From the NCBI GenBank assembly GCA_050700495.1, contig JBOHHF010000044.1:948-64947 (forward strand): a stretch of 64,000 nucleotides of DNA, read 5' to 3'. This stretch comes from Pseudonocardiaceae bacterium (GTDB taxonomy: Bacteria > Actinomycetota > Actinomycetes > Mycobacteriales > Pseudonocardiaceae). Every line of letters starts with the position of its first letter. The stretch's first letter is position 1. The notes beneath the pieces were generated by a model, which saw only the letters and a list, made by a program, of their open reading frames with translations, was not told the origin of the DNA and ran no database searches. Made by a program: the position numbers and the translations under genes. Shown piece by piece: positions 12,926-21,900 of this stretch.

Positions 12926-14053
12926 TCAGTTCCCCTCCTGTCGGGCAACCTTGGCCAGCTGTGCGGCCACCGTCTCGCCCAGCTCGACCCAGGATGCGTC
13001 GAATTTCTCCACACCCTCACGCTCCAGCACGACGAATACATCATCGAGGTCGACCCCGACCTCGACCAGCTCGTCGAAGGTGCGCTGCGCCTGCTCGGCG
13101 GTGTCCGACACCTGGTCACCGGGTACCTCGCCGTGGTCGGCCAGCGCGAGCAGCGTCTTCTCCGGCATCGTGTTCACCACCCCCGGCGCGATCAGTTCGG
13201 TGACGTACTTCGTGTCCGGGTAGGCCGGATTCTTCACCCCGGTGGACGCCCACAGCGGCCGTTGCGGTCGTGCTCCCAGCTCCGCCAGCGAGGCCCAACG
13301 TTGCGTCGCGAACTGTTGTTGATAGGCCGCGTAGGCGAGCTGGGCGTTGGCGACCGCGGCCTGCCCGCGCAGCGCCAGGGCCGGCTCGGTGCCGATCGCC
13401 TCCAGTCGCTTGTCCACCTCGGTGTCCACCCGGGAGACGAAGAAGGAGGCGACCGACGCGATCGCCACCAGATCGTGCCCGTTGGCCCTGGCCCCCTCCA
13501 GACCGGCGAAGAAGGCCGCCATCACCTCGCGGTAGCGCTGCACCGAGAACACCAGGGTGACGTTGACGCTGATGCCGTCGGCCAGCGTGCCGGTGATCGC
13601 GGGAATGCCTTCGGCCGTCGCCGGAATTTTGATCATGAGGTTGGGCCGGTCGACCACCTTCCACAGCTCGGCGGCCTGGGCGAGGGTGGCATCGGTGTCG
13701 TGCGCCAGCGCAGGGCTGACCTCCAGCGACACCCGCCCGTCCACCCCGCCGGTGGTCTCCCAGGTTCCACTGAACACGTCGCAGGCCAGTTGCACGTCGG
13801 CCACGGTGATCTCACGCACGGCCTCGTCGACCGAGGCGCCGCGGGTGGCCAGCTCCTTCACCTGCGTGGCGTAGTCGTCGGCGTGGGTCACCGCGCCAGC
13901 GAAGATCGTCGGGTTGCTGGTCACCCCGACCACGTGCCGGTTACGGATCAGGTCGGCCAGGTTGCCCGAATTGACCCGCTGACGGGACAGGTCGTCCAGC
14001 CAGATCGACACGCCCGCCTCGGACAGAGCCTGCAAGGTATCGGTGCTGCCCAT
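12926..14053 (-). CDS. tal: transaldolase
   Basis: 375 aa with [20 protein letters not shown] and IKIPAT (Schiff-base Lys region). Confidence 0.9.
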   Translation of the reverse strand: MGSTDTLQALSEAGVSIWLDDLSRQRVNSGNLADLIRNRHVVGVTSNPTIFAGAVTHADDYATQVKELATRGASVDEAVREITVADVQLACDVFSGTWETTGGVDGRVSLEVSPALAHDTDATLAQAAELWKVVDRPNLMIKIPATAEGIPAITGTLADGISVNVTLVFSVQRYREVMAAFFAGLEGARANGHDLVAIASVASFFVSRVDTEVDKRLEAIGTEPALALRGQAAVANAQLAYAAYQQQFATQRWASLAELGARPQRPLWASTGVKNPAYPDTKYVTELIAPGVVNTMPEKTLLALADHGEVPGDQVSDTAEQAQRTFDELVEVGVDLDDVFVVLEREGVEKFDASWVELGETVAAQLAKVARQEGN

Positions 14054-14080
14054 CAGGGGTTCTCCTGCCTGCTATGGGTG

Positions 14081-16186
14081 TTAGTCCGGTATGCGACCCA
14101 ACGTACGGCGGGCCGCGTCCGCCACCGCCTCGCCGGTGAAGCCGAACTCGCGATACAGCGTCTGCCAGTCGGCGGAGGCGCCGAAATGCTCCAAGGAGAC
14201 CACTTCGCCGTGATCGCCGACGAAGCGGTACCACGGCATCGCGACGCCGGCCTCGACGGCTACCCTGGCCTTCACCGACGGCGGGAGTATCTGGTCGCAG
14301 TAGGCTTGGCCCTGCTCGTCGAACCACTCCACGCACGGCATCGACACCACCCGGGCTGTGGTTCCCTCGGCTGCCAGCGTCTGCTGGGCAGCGACGGCGT
14401 ACTGCACTTCGGAGCCGGTGGCGATCAGCAGCACGTCGGGCAGGCCGCCGCCACTGTCGGGTGCGGTGTCGGCGAGCACGTAACCGCCGCGCGCGACGCC
14501 TGCGGCGTCGGTGCCCTCCAGCACCGGCACGCTTTGCCGGGTCAGGGCCAGCCCGGTAGGCCGGGTGCCCTTCTCCAGCAGTGCCTTCCATGCCGCCGCA
14601 GTCTCGTTGGCATCCGCGGGCCGGACCACGTCCAGGCCGGGGATGGCCCGTAGTGCGGCCAGGTGCTCGACCGGCTGGTGGGTGGGCCCGTCCTCGCCGA
14701 GACCGATCGAATCGTGCGTCCAGATGTAGATAGTCGGCGCCGCCATCAGCGCGGCCAGCCGCACCGCGGCGCGCATGTAGTCGCTGAAAATCAGGAACGT
14801 GCCGCCGTAGGGCCGGGTCGGCCCATGCAGCACGATCCCGTTGAGGATCGCGCCCATGGCATGCTCGCGCACCCCGAAGTGCAGCGTGCGGCCGTAGGGC
14901 TGCGCGGACCACATCTTCGTGGAGACCTTCTCGGGGCCAAACGAGTCGGCTCCCTTGATCGTGGTGTTGTTGCTTTCACCAAGGTCCGCAGAGCCACCCC
15001 ACAGTTCTGGCAGCACCTCGCCGATCGCGGAGAGCACCTCCCCGGATGCTTTGCGGGTTGCCACGCCTTTGGCGTCAGGCTGCCAGGTGGGCAGCTTCTC
15101 CGCCCAGCCGGCGGGCAGCTCCCGGCGGATGAGGCGATCGAACAGCGCGGTCCCGGACGCGTTGGCCTGCCGCCAGGAGTCGAAGGAACGCTGCCACTGC
15201 GCGTGCGCGGCCTGGCCACGGGCCACCACCTGCCGGGCGTGCTCGAGTACCTCCGGCTCCACGACGAAAGAGCTCTGCGGATCGAAGCCCAGGGCTTCTT
15301 TCACCGCGGCGACCTCGTCGTCGCCCAGTGCGGAGCCGTGCGCGGCCCCGGTGTTCATCTTGTTCGGCGCTGGGTAGGCGATCACGGTGCGCAGCACGAT
15401 CAGCGACGGGCGACCGGTCTCGGCCTTGGCCGCCTCGATCGCGTCCAGGATGCCGATGATGTCCTCGCCGCCTTCCACGGTCTGCACGTGCCAGCCGTAA
15501 GCCGCATAGCGCGCGGCGGTGTTCTCCGACAGCGCGATCGCGGTGTCGTCCTCGATGGAGATCTCGTTGGCGTCGTAGAACACCACGAGGTTGCCGAGCT
15601 CCTGGGTGCCGGCCAGCGAGGAGGCCTCGGAGGTCACGCCCTCCTGGATGTCGCCGTCGGAGGCGATGACGTAAATGTGGTGGTCGAAGGTGCTCTCGCC
15701 CGGCGGGGAGTCGGGATCGAACAGGCCGCGTTCCCGGCGAGCCGCCATGGCCATCCCCACCGCAGCCGCCAGGCCCTGGCCGAGCGGGCCGGTGGTGATC
15801 TCCACGCCGACGGTGTGCCCGTACTCGGGGTGGCCCGGGGTCTTGGAGCCCCAGGTGCGCAGCTGCTCGATATCCGCCAGCTCCAGCCCGTAGCCGCACA
15901 GGAACAGCTGCAGGTACAGGGTCAGGCTGGAGTGCCCGCAGGACAGCACGAACCGGTCCCGGCCGGTCCAGGCCGGGTCGGTGGGGTCGTGTCGCAACAC
16001 CCGCTGGAACAGCGTGTACGCCAGTGGGGCGAGGCTCATGGCGGTGCCCGGGTGTCCGTTGCCGACGCGCTGCACGGCGTCAGCAGCGAGAACCCGGATG
16101 GTGTCCACCGCGCGGGTGTCCACATCGGTCCAGTCGTCGGGTACCCGGGGGGTAGTGAGCTGGGTCAGATCGTCGATGACGGACAC
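14081..16186 (-). CDS. tkt: transketolase
   Basis: 701 aa with GHPGTAMSLAP, the ASDGDIQEG thiamine-PP motif and THDSIGLGEDGPTHQP. Confidence 0.95.
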   Translation of the reverse strand: MSVIDDLTQLTTPRVPDDWTDVDTRAVDTIRVLAADAVQRVGNGHPGTAMSLAPLAYTLFQRVLRHDPTDPAWTGRDRFVLSCGHSSLTLYLQLFLCGYGLELADIEQLRTWGSKTPGHPEYGHTVGVEITTGPLGQGLAAAVGMAMAARRERGLFDPDSPPGESTFDHHIYVIASDGDIQEGVTSEASSLAGTQELGNLVVFYDANEISIEDDTAIALSENTAARYAAYGWHVQTVEGGEDIIGILDAIEAAKAETGRPSLIVLRTVIAYPAPNKMNTGAAHGSALGDDEVAAVKEALGFDPQSSFVVEPEVLEHARQVVARGQAAHAQWQRSFDSWRQANASGTALFDRLIRRELPAGWAEKLPTWQPDAKGVATRKASGEVLSAIGEVLPELWGGSADLGESNNTTIKGADSFGPEKVSTKMWSAQPYGRTLHFGVREHAMGAILNGIVLHGPTRPYGGTFLIFSDYMRAAVRLAALMAAPTIYIWTHDSIGLGEDGPTHQPVEHLAALRAIPGLDVVRPADANETAAAWKALLEKGTRPTGLALTRQSVPVLEGTDAAGVARGGYVLADTAPDSGGGLPDVLLIATGSEVQYAVAAQQTLAAEGTTARVVSMPCVEWFDEQGQAYCDQILPPSVKARVAVEAGVAMPWYRFVGDHGEVVSLEHFGASADWQTLYREFGFTGEAVADAARRTLGRIPD

Positions 16187-16400
16187 ACTCGTGCTCCTGA
16201 CTGTGCTCGGTTCGGCGGCCGTGTCGAGGGTGGCCTGCGCGGGCGCGGCCTCTGGCCCCCAGCCTAGCGAGAAGGCGCCAGCCCGCGATCCGAATCGGTC
16301 TCGCCGCCCCCACCGGGGGTGACGAGCGCCACGCGATTATCATCGGCGTTCAGGTACCCATCCCTCCGATCAGCCCGATCAGCAACGACGAGGAGCCGCG

Positions 16401-17312
16401 GTGAATAATGCCGTCGAGGCTCCTTTGGCATCGCGCACCCGGCACCGCGGCGGTGTGTTGCGCGGCTACCTCGCTCTGACCAAGCCGCGAGTGATCGAGC
16501 TGCTGCTGGTCACCACCATCCCGGCGATGCTGCTCGCTGCGCGTGGGGTGCCGTCCTTGTGGCTGGTCCTGGCCACCCTGCTGGGCGGCATCATGGCCGC
16601 GGGCAGTGCGAATGCGCTGAACTGCGTCGCCGACGCCGATATCGACGCCCAGATGAAACGGACCCGGGCGCGGCCGCTGGTCACCCAAGAGGTGCCCCTC
16701 CGCCATGCGCTGGTCTTCGGGATTGCGCTGGGGGTGGCCTCGTTCGGCTGGCTGTGGGCCACCACGAACCTGCTGTCGGCGCTGCTGGCAGTCGCGACGA
16801 TCCTGTTCTACGTCTTCGTCTACACACTGGTGCTCAAACGCCGTACCTCGCAGAACATCATCTGGGGTGGCGCCGCAGGGTGTATGCCGGTGGTGATCGG
16901 CTGGTCGGCGGTCACCGGCACGGTGGGTTGGCCCGCGCTGGTGATGTTCGGTGTGATCTTCTTCTGGACGCCGCCGCACACCTGGGCGCTGGCGATGAAG
17001 TTCCGCGAGGACTACCAGCGGGTAGGCGTGCCGATGCTGCCCGCGGTGGCCTCCCCAGTGTCGGTGGCACGCCGGATCGTGGTGTTCAGCTGGCTGATGG
17101 TGGCCTGGAGCCTGCTGCTGATCCTGGCCACGAGCTGGATCTACGCCACGGTCGCGGTGCTGGCCGGCGGTTGGTTCGTGGTGATGGCGCACCGGCTACA
17201 CACCGCGGTTCGGCGCGGTCTGGCCGTCAACCCCATGCGGCTGTTCCACCTGTCCAACACTTACCTGGCGCTGGTGTTCGTCGCGATCGCCCTCGACTCA
17301 GTGCTGCTTTAG
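16401..17312 (+). CDS. ctaB: protoheme IX farnesyltransferase (heme O synthase)
   Basis: 303-aa polytopic protein with [34 protein letters not shown] (UbiA-family Asp-rich motif) and [12 protein letters not shown]. Divergent from tkt. Confidence 0.9.
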   Translation: MNNAVEAPLASRTRHRGGVLRGYLALTKPRVIELLLVTTIPAMLLAARGVPSLWLVLATLLGGIMAAGSANALNCVADADIDAQMKRTRARPLVTQEVPLRHALVFGIALGVASFGWLWATTNLLSALLAVATILFYVFVYTLVLKRRTSQNIIWGGAAGCMPVVIGWSAVTGTVGWPALVMFGVIFFWTPPHTWALAMKFREDYQRVGVPMLPAVASPVSVARRIVVFSWLMVAWSLLLILATSWIYATVAVLAGGWFVVMAHRLHTAVRRGLAVNPMRLFHLSNTYLALVFVAIALDSVLL

Positions 17313-17451
17313 GGCGCGTGTTCTCAAACCGCGGCGCGGGATGCGAGCGCTGCGCCGGTGGTGACGGTGCGGAGTGCGAGCGAGGGGACGGACACGCGCA
17401 GCGACCCTAGGGACGGCAGCGTCGGCGGCGGATTCTGATGAGGAGGCACCT

Positions 17452-18268
17452 GTGTGGGACGGCTCACCTCCGGCAGGGCGGCAGCTTCCGAATATCGACG
17501 TCACGATTCCGCAACCGGCTCGCTTCTGGGACTACTTGCTGGGCGGCAAAAACAACTACCCGATCGATCACAAGGTCGGCGAGCAGGTTCTGGCGATCTT
17601 TCCCGATCTGCGTGCCAGCGCGCGCTGACCGAGGGTTTCTGTTGCGGGTCGTCAGGCACTTGGTGGCCGAGGCGGGGATCCGCCAGCTGCTGGACATCGG
17701 CACCGGGCTGCCCACCGCGAACAACACCCACCAGGTCGCCCAGTCAACCGCGCCGCAGTGCCGCATCGTCTACGTGGACAACGATCCGATGGTGCTGGTT
17801 CATGCGCGTGCGCTGCTCACCAGCACGCCAGAGGGTGCCACCGACTATCTTCAAGCCGACGTCCGCGACCCCGAGACGGTCCTGCACGAAGCTGCCCGAA
17901 CGCTCGACTTCACGCGACCTGTCGCGCTCATGCTGCTGGGGATCATCAACTATGTCATGGACGACGCCGAGGCGGACACCGTCGTGAAGCGGCTCCTGGA
18001 TGCCTTGCCTGCAGGAAGCTATCTGGCAATGTCTCATCCCACCCCGGAAATTCATGCTGAGGCGATAAAGGCGTCCATGCAGCTCTACAATTCCAGCGGC
18101 GCGGCCCCGATCAGAACCCGCACCCGCCAGGAGCTCACCCGTTTTTTTGACGGGCTGGAGCTGCTGGAGCCGGGCGTGGTCTCGTGTTCGCTGTGGCGCC
18201 CAGACGCAAGCGATGTCGGAACCCCTACCGAGGTGACCCAGTACTGCGGGCTGGCCCGAAAGCCTTGA
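17452..18268 (+). pseudogene. SAM-dependent methyltransferase (DUF574 family), frameshifted
   Basis: The N-terminus IDVTIPQPARFWDYLLGGKNNY...FPDLRASAR stops at TGA 17626-17628. The rest (ADRGFLLRVVRHL...LDIGTGLPT...YVDNDP) continues in the +1 frame. The break lies in a (GC)4 run at 17618-17625, and restoring one GC unit rejoins the frames. GTG 17452 follows GAGGAGG. Confidence 0.7.
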
Positions 18269-18394
18269 TACGCCTTCCGAAGTGCGACAAGCATCCAGTC
18301 GCTGTCGGGTCAGCGGGTGCCTACGACACTCGTATATGCCATCTGGCAGATGTACCGTGGGCAGCGCGGTCTTAGATTGGCTGCAGGTGACCGA

Positions 18395-19003
18395 ATGGAG
18401 ATGAAGAACATGGCACCTGCGACCGCCGACCTCCTCCGTACCCACCCTCTCGTCGAGGAGATTCTGGACAGCCATCGCGACCACGCCGCGGGTGACGAGC
18501 GTGGCTGGGCCAGTTACCGTGGCCACGCCTACCGGGTGCTCAACCTGGCGCGCGTGCTCGTGCCCGACCGCGACGACAAGCTGGCGATTGCCGCAGCCTT
18601 TCACGACATCGACGTGTTCAGCTCGCTGAACTATCTGGGGTCCTCCATCCGCACCATGGACGCCTGGCTGCAGCGCACCGGACGCGGCGCCTGGGCCGAG
18701 GAGCTCGCGGTCGTCGTCGCCGAACATCACCGTCTGACCCCCTGCCGAGGGCGTTACGCGGAGCTGGCCGAGGCCTTCAGACGGGCGGACCTTAACGATT
18801 TGAGTCAAGGCCTCATCCGCTCCCGGCTGCCCCGCGAGCACGTGCGCGCGGTGCGCCAGTCGATTGACGTGGGAGTCTTCTTCACCCGCACCGTTCCCCG
18901 CGCGATCGTGAGACAATTGATCCGCCACCCGCTGGACCCGGTCCCTATCCTGCGCGCCCGGCGGGCGCTGGATGAGGCCGGACACGACAACGCTAACCGT
19001 TAG
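18395..19003 (+). CDS. HD-domain phosphohydrolase-like protein
   Basis: YRGHAYRVLNLA ... AAAFHDIDVF ... VVVAEHHRL gives an H..HD..H pattern. The start is uncertain (ATG 18395, 18401 or 18410). Confidence 0.55.
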   Translation: MEMKNMAPATADLLRTHPLVEEILDSHRDHAAGDERGWASYRGHAYRVLNLARVLVPDRDDKLAIAAAFHDIDVFSSLNYLGSSIRTMDAWLQRTGRGAWAEELAVVVAEHHRLTPCRGRYAELAEAFRRADLNDLSQGLIRSRLPREHVRAVRQSIDVGVFFTRTVPRAIVRQLIRHPLDPVPILRARRALDEAGHDNANR

Positions 19004-19190
19004 CCACTCTCAGCAGTAGTGGTCCTTCGGCAGGCATCTCTCCGCCCGGTCCGAGGCCTGCAATTATCCAACTGATAGAATGAAGTTCTGTCGGTGATGG
19101 CTGTGTGTTATTTCTGGGCCGACTTCTCAATCCCGACACCAAGTAGTCACAAAAAATATTCACCTAGAACGATTCCACCAGGAGGTAGTA

Positions 19191-19435
19191 ATGTCCACCC
19201 TTCCTGCCCGCAGTGCGCCCTGCCGGTGACAGTGCTCGACCGTTTCACCCTCAGCAGCACCGACGGCGAGCCGATCGAGCACGTACGAATCTCATGTCCC
19301 GCCTCTCACCACTTCCGCATGGCACGCGACCGGCTCACCGAGACCATTGCGGTGGCCGAGGCGGCGTCGGCTGCAGTGGCAACCGCCGGCACCATGTGGG
19401 GGTCCGCTGCGGTGGTGACCGCAAGTGTCCGGTGA
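19191..19435 (+). pseudogene. small Cys-rich (zinc-ribbon-like) hypothetical protein with a frameshift next to the start
   Basis: GGAGG (19181-19185) plus ATG 19191 opens a frame that stops after 12 codons. The only protein-like frame (HPSCPQCALPVTVLDRF...ISCPASHHF...) is offset by -1 and has no start codon of its own near the SD. One extra base in TCCACCC would join them. Confidence 0.35.
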
Positions 19436-19453
19436 TCTGCACGGTCTGCCTGC

Positions 19454-19494
19454 GCTCTCCTGACGCGGTCCGAGGAAGACCGCGTCAGGAGAGC
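19454..19494 (+). terminator. perfect 17-bp stem / 7-nt loop hairpin downstream of the small ORF
   Basis: GCTCTCCTGACGCGGTC cgaggaa GACCGCGTCAGGAGAGC, 19 nt after the stop at 19435. There is no U-tract. Confidence 0.45.
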
Positions 19495-19545
19495 CAGCTG
19501 ACCTCTCAGGTGTTCGAGAAACCGTACGCACGAAAGACCTGACCG

Positions 19546-19752
19546 ATGAGAGAATCTCAAGCGCGCGGTCGGACGGGCCGACCGCTGATGTGGGGGGAAC
19601 CCCTAGTGGACTCAGATAGTGCCAAGCAGGCGACCTTCTACCTGCCAGTCGGCACGGTGACGTTCATGCTGACCGATGTCGAGGGCTCGACGCGTCTGCA
19701 GGAGTCCACTCCCGAGGCGATGGCCGCCGCTGAAGATCACGCTACAACCTGA
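19546..19752 (+). pseudogene. N-terminal stub of a class III adenylate/guanylate cyclase-domain (large LuxR/ATPase-type) regulator
   Basis: LPVGTVTFMLTDVEGSTRLQESTPEAMAAA is the canonical start of a cyclase catalytic domain. The ORF ends after 68 codons and runs into A/T-richer non-coding DNA. Confidence 0.6.
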
Positions 19753-19836
19753 CACCGACAAAAACGGGCCGCTCGCACAGTTACGTATTCAACCGATTGG
19801 TCACCGCCATCAGTCCATATCTCATTCCTCGTTCGC

Positions 19837-19868
19837 GACAGCCTGTTTCGACATGAAGACAGCCTGTC
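19837..19868 (-). terminator. imperfect hairpin / repeated GACAGCCTGT motif just after the reductase stop
   Basis: GACAGCCTGTT (19837-19847) and GACAGCCTGTC (19858-19868) are each near-palindromic and can pair. They lie 7 nt downstream of the TAA at 19875-19877 (minus strand). Confidence 0.3.
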
Positions 19869-19874
19869 TCGGCA

Positions 19875-21296
19875 TTAAGTGAGTCGGCTGAGGAAGCGGC
19901 CGACTTTGGCCACGGTGCTGGGGTTCTCGGTCAGCGCGTAGTCGTAGAGCGCGATGGGGATCGCGAAGGAGTACGTCGGGTAGGCGTGGATCGAGCTGAT
20001 GATCGCGTCGACGGTGAGGTCGTTGTTCATCGCCAAGGTCAGCTCGTTGATCAGCTCGCCGGCGCACTGCCCAGCGATGTGAGCGCCGATGAGCCGCCGT
20101 TTGCCGTCGATCAGGAACTTCATCAGGCCGACGGGTTCGGCATCAGTGACCGCACGTTCGTTGTGGCTGTACGGAAAGCGCACAATTTCGCAACTGTCGC
20201 CGGCCGCGCGCACCTGCGCCTCGGTGCGGCCGACGTGCGCGATCTCCGGGTCGGTGAAGGTCACCCAGGGCAGGTGGCCAGGGGCGAACTTCGCCTTGAT
20301 CGGGACGAAGATGTTGCGCACCGCATGCGCCGCCTGGTGACCGGCGTAGTGGGTGAACGCCGGCCCGCCGGTCACATCGCCGACGGCGTAGATGTGTGAC
20401 TGGTTGGTCTGGAGCAGGCCATTGACGGCGATTCCCCGCGCGTTGGTAAGAACCCCTGCGGCGTCGAGCTCCAGCGATTCCACTGTGGGCACCCGCCCGA
20501 CCGCGCACAGGATCTGGTCCACCCGCAGCTCGCCAGCGTCGACGGTGGGGCCAAGCGTCAGCACGACGTCCCCGCCGTCGCGGTGCACTTCGCTGAGCCG
20601 GGTATCCAGCCGCACGTCGATACCCTCATCGGCGAAATGGCGCTCCAGTATCTCGATCATCTCGGCGTCGTCGCGGGGGATCAGATGCGGCCCGCGCTGC
20701 AGCACGGTCACCGTGGAGCCGAGCCGGTGCAGCGCCTGCGCGAGCTCCACGCCGATCGGGCCGCCACCGATCACCGCCAGCCGGGCTGGTAGATCGTTCA
20801 AGTCGAAGACGTCCTCGTTGGTGAGGTAGCCGACCTCGGCCAGCCCCTCGACATCCGGTACCGCCGGGCGGCTACCGGAGGCGATCAGGACGAACTTGGC
20901 GGTGACATCTCGGTCTCTCACCCGCAGCGTGTGCGGGTCGCGAAAGGTGGCGCCGCCGAGCAGGACATCCACTCCGAGCTCGGAGAGCGCCTCGACGTCG
21001 TCGAGCTTGCCGATGTCGGCGATGGCCCGCTGCACCCGGGCGTTGACCGCGGCAAGCCCGGCGTGCACGGGCTGCACGGACAGTCCCCACCGCACAGCGG
21101 TGGCCGCCTCGTGGGCCACCCGGGATGCCTTGATCAGCGCCTTGCTCGGCACGCAACCGTAGTGCAGGCAGTCCCCGCCCAGCCGATCCTTGTCGATCAA
21201 CGCGACCCGCTTGGCGAAGAACCGGGCCAGCCGGGCAGCAGTCAGCCCACCCGACCCCGCCCCGATGATCGCCAGGTCGTACTCAAAGGACGGCAT
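19875..21296 (-). CDS. class I pyridine nucleotide-disulfide oxidoreductase (dihydrolipoamide dehydrogenase / mercuric reductase-like flavoprotein)
   Basis: YDLAIIGAGSGG FAD fold, redox disulfide GGDCLHYGCVPSK, second Rossmann LAVIGGGPIGVE and a C-terminal dimerisation domain with HAYPT. ATG 21296 is preferred over ATG 21374, which lies inside a hairpin arm. Confidence 0.85.
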   Translation of the reverse strand: MPSFEYDLAIIGAGSGGLTAARLARFFAKRVALIDKDRLGGDCLHYGCVPSKALIKASRVAHEAATAVRWGLSVQPVHAGLAAVNARVQRAIADIGKLDDVEALSELGVDVLLGGATFRDPHTLRVRDRDVTAKFVLIASGSRPAVPDVEGLAEVGYLTNEDVFDLNDLPARLAVIGGGPIGVELAQALHRLGSTVTVLQRGPHLIPRDDAEMIEILERHFADEGIDVRLDTRLSEVHRDGGDVVLTLGPTVDAGELRVDQILCAVGRVPTVESLELDAAGVLTNARGIAVNGLLQTNQSHIYAVGDVTGGPAFTHYAGHQAAHAVRNIFVPIKAKFAPGHLPWVTFTDPEIAHVGRTEAQVRAAGDSCEIVRFPYSHNERAVTDAEPVGLMKFLIDGKRRLIGAHIAGQCAGELINELTLAMNNDLTVDAIISSIHAYPTYSFAIPIALYDYALTENPSTVAKVGRFLSRLT

Positions 21297-21321
21297 GTCG
21301 CGTTGGTCCCCATCAGCCAGG

Positions 21322-21383
21322 GCGTTCTGGATGCAGACTGCCCTAATCGGGCCCTGGATTACCGCAGTCTGCATCCAGAACGC
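21322..21383. repeat. perfect 20-bp inverted repeat with 22-bp spacer
   Basis: GCGTTCTGGATGCAGACTGC (21322-21341) and GCAGTCTGCATCCAGAACGC (21364-21383). The repeat spans the stop codon of the Prx-like gene and sits upstream of the reductase start. Confidence 0.9.
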
Positions 21384-21900
21384 ATGTCGTTACCAGGCGC
21401 GCAGGGCGAACCCGGTCGTCGGGTGTGCGGGGCAGCCAGCGGCGGACCACGACGCCGTCGCACACCAGCGCGTCACCGCCCATCTGCCGGATGTCCTCCA
21501 CCGGCCGCGGCAGGTGCTGCCCGCGCGCTGCCGCGATCGCGTAGCGAGCCAGCGTTCCCGGCGAGTACACCTGCCACAGCCTGGCGCGGCGCATACCGAG
21601 CAACCCGTAGAGCCAGCGGTCCTCATCTGCGAGGAACAGACCCGGCCAGCCGACGTGGTCTGCGAGCGCGGCGAGCGCGGCGGGTGGGCTGAACCCGAAG
21701 GCGACCAACCCGATCGGGCAGCCGGCAGCCTGCTCGCGCACCTGCACCAGGTGCTGCTGGCAGGGCAGTCAATACCGGTGCCGGATCGCGGTGAGCAGGT
21801 ACCGGCCGGGTAGCACGCCGAGATCCACGGCCCGGCCGGTGCGTGCGTCGGGCAGCATGAGCCCGTCGAGCGGGACGGGCAGCTCGATCTCACGTGGCAC
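21343..21900 (-). CDS. peroxiredoxin-like thiol-disulfide oxidoreductase (AhpC/TSA_2, PRXL2-type) with an in-frame TGA at the first Cys of CxxC (candidate Sec codon or nonsense)
   Basis: Reading from GTG 21900 gives VPREIELPVPLDGLMLPDARTGRAVDLGVLPGRYLLTAIRHRY-TGA-LPCQQHLVQVREQAAGCPIGLVAFGF... The TGA (21769-21771) is in frame and gives x-L-P-C, where the family has C-x-x-C (compare FIRRPGCFLCRE). The start overlaps the radical SAM stop by 11 nt. Confidence 0.6.
21738..21754 (-). promoter_or_regulatory. SECIS-like stem-loop candidate 14 nt downstream of the in-frame UGA
   Basis: The mRNA reads UGA-CUGCCCUGCCAGCA-GCACCUG GUG CAGGUGC, a 7-bp stem with a G/U apical loop. Flanking GCCAGCAGC / GCUGCCGGC could add a lower stem. 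No folding was run. Confidence 0.3.

Noticed and set aside
13133-16267. Very long plus-strand ORFs (506 and 534 aa) antisense to tal and tkt. Similar cases are 5879..7045(-), 17744..18985(-), 21791..23368(+), 37567..38544(+), 38737..39888(-), 41730..42617(-) and 44661..45659(-).
   Set aside because: Their translations are Arg/Gly/Pro/Ala-rich and low in complexity, with no motifs. They overlap genes with unmistakable family signatures on the other strand. Such shadow ORFs are expected in high-GC DNA because stop codons are rare.
19875-21374. The longer 499-aa version of the flavoprotein reductase starting at ATG 21374.
   Set aside because: The extra 26 codons overlap the Prx-like gene and lie inside the 20-bp inverted repeat. 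The FAD-binding fold begins right after ATG 21296.
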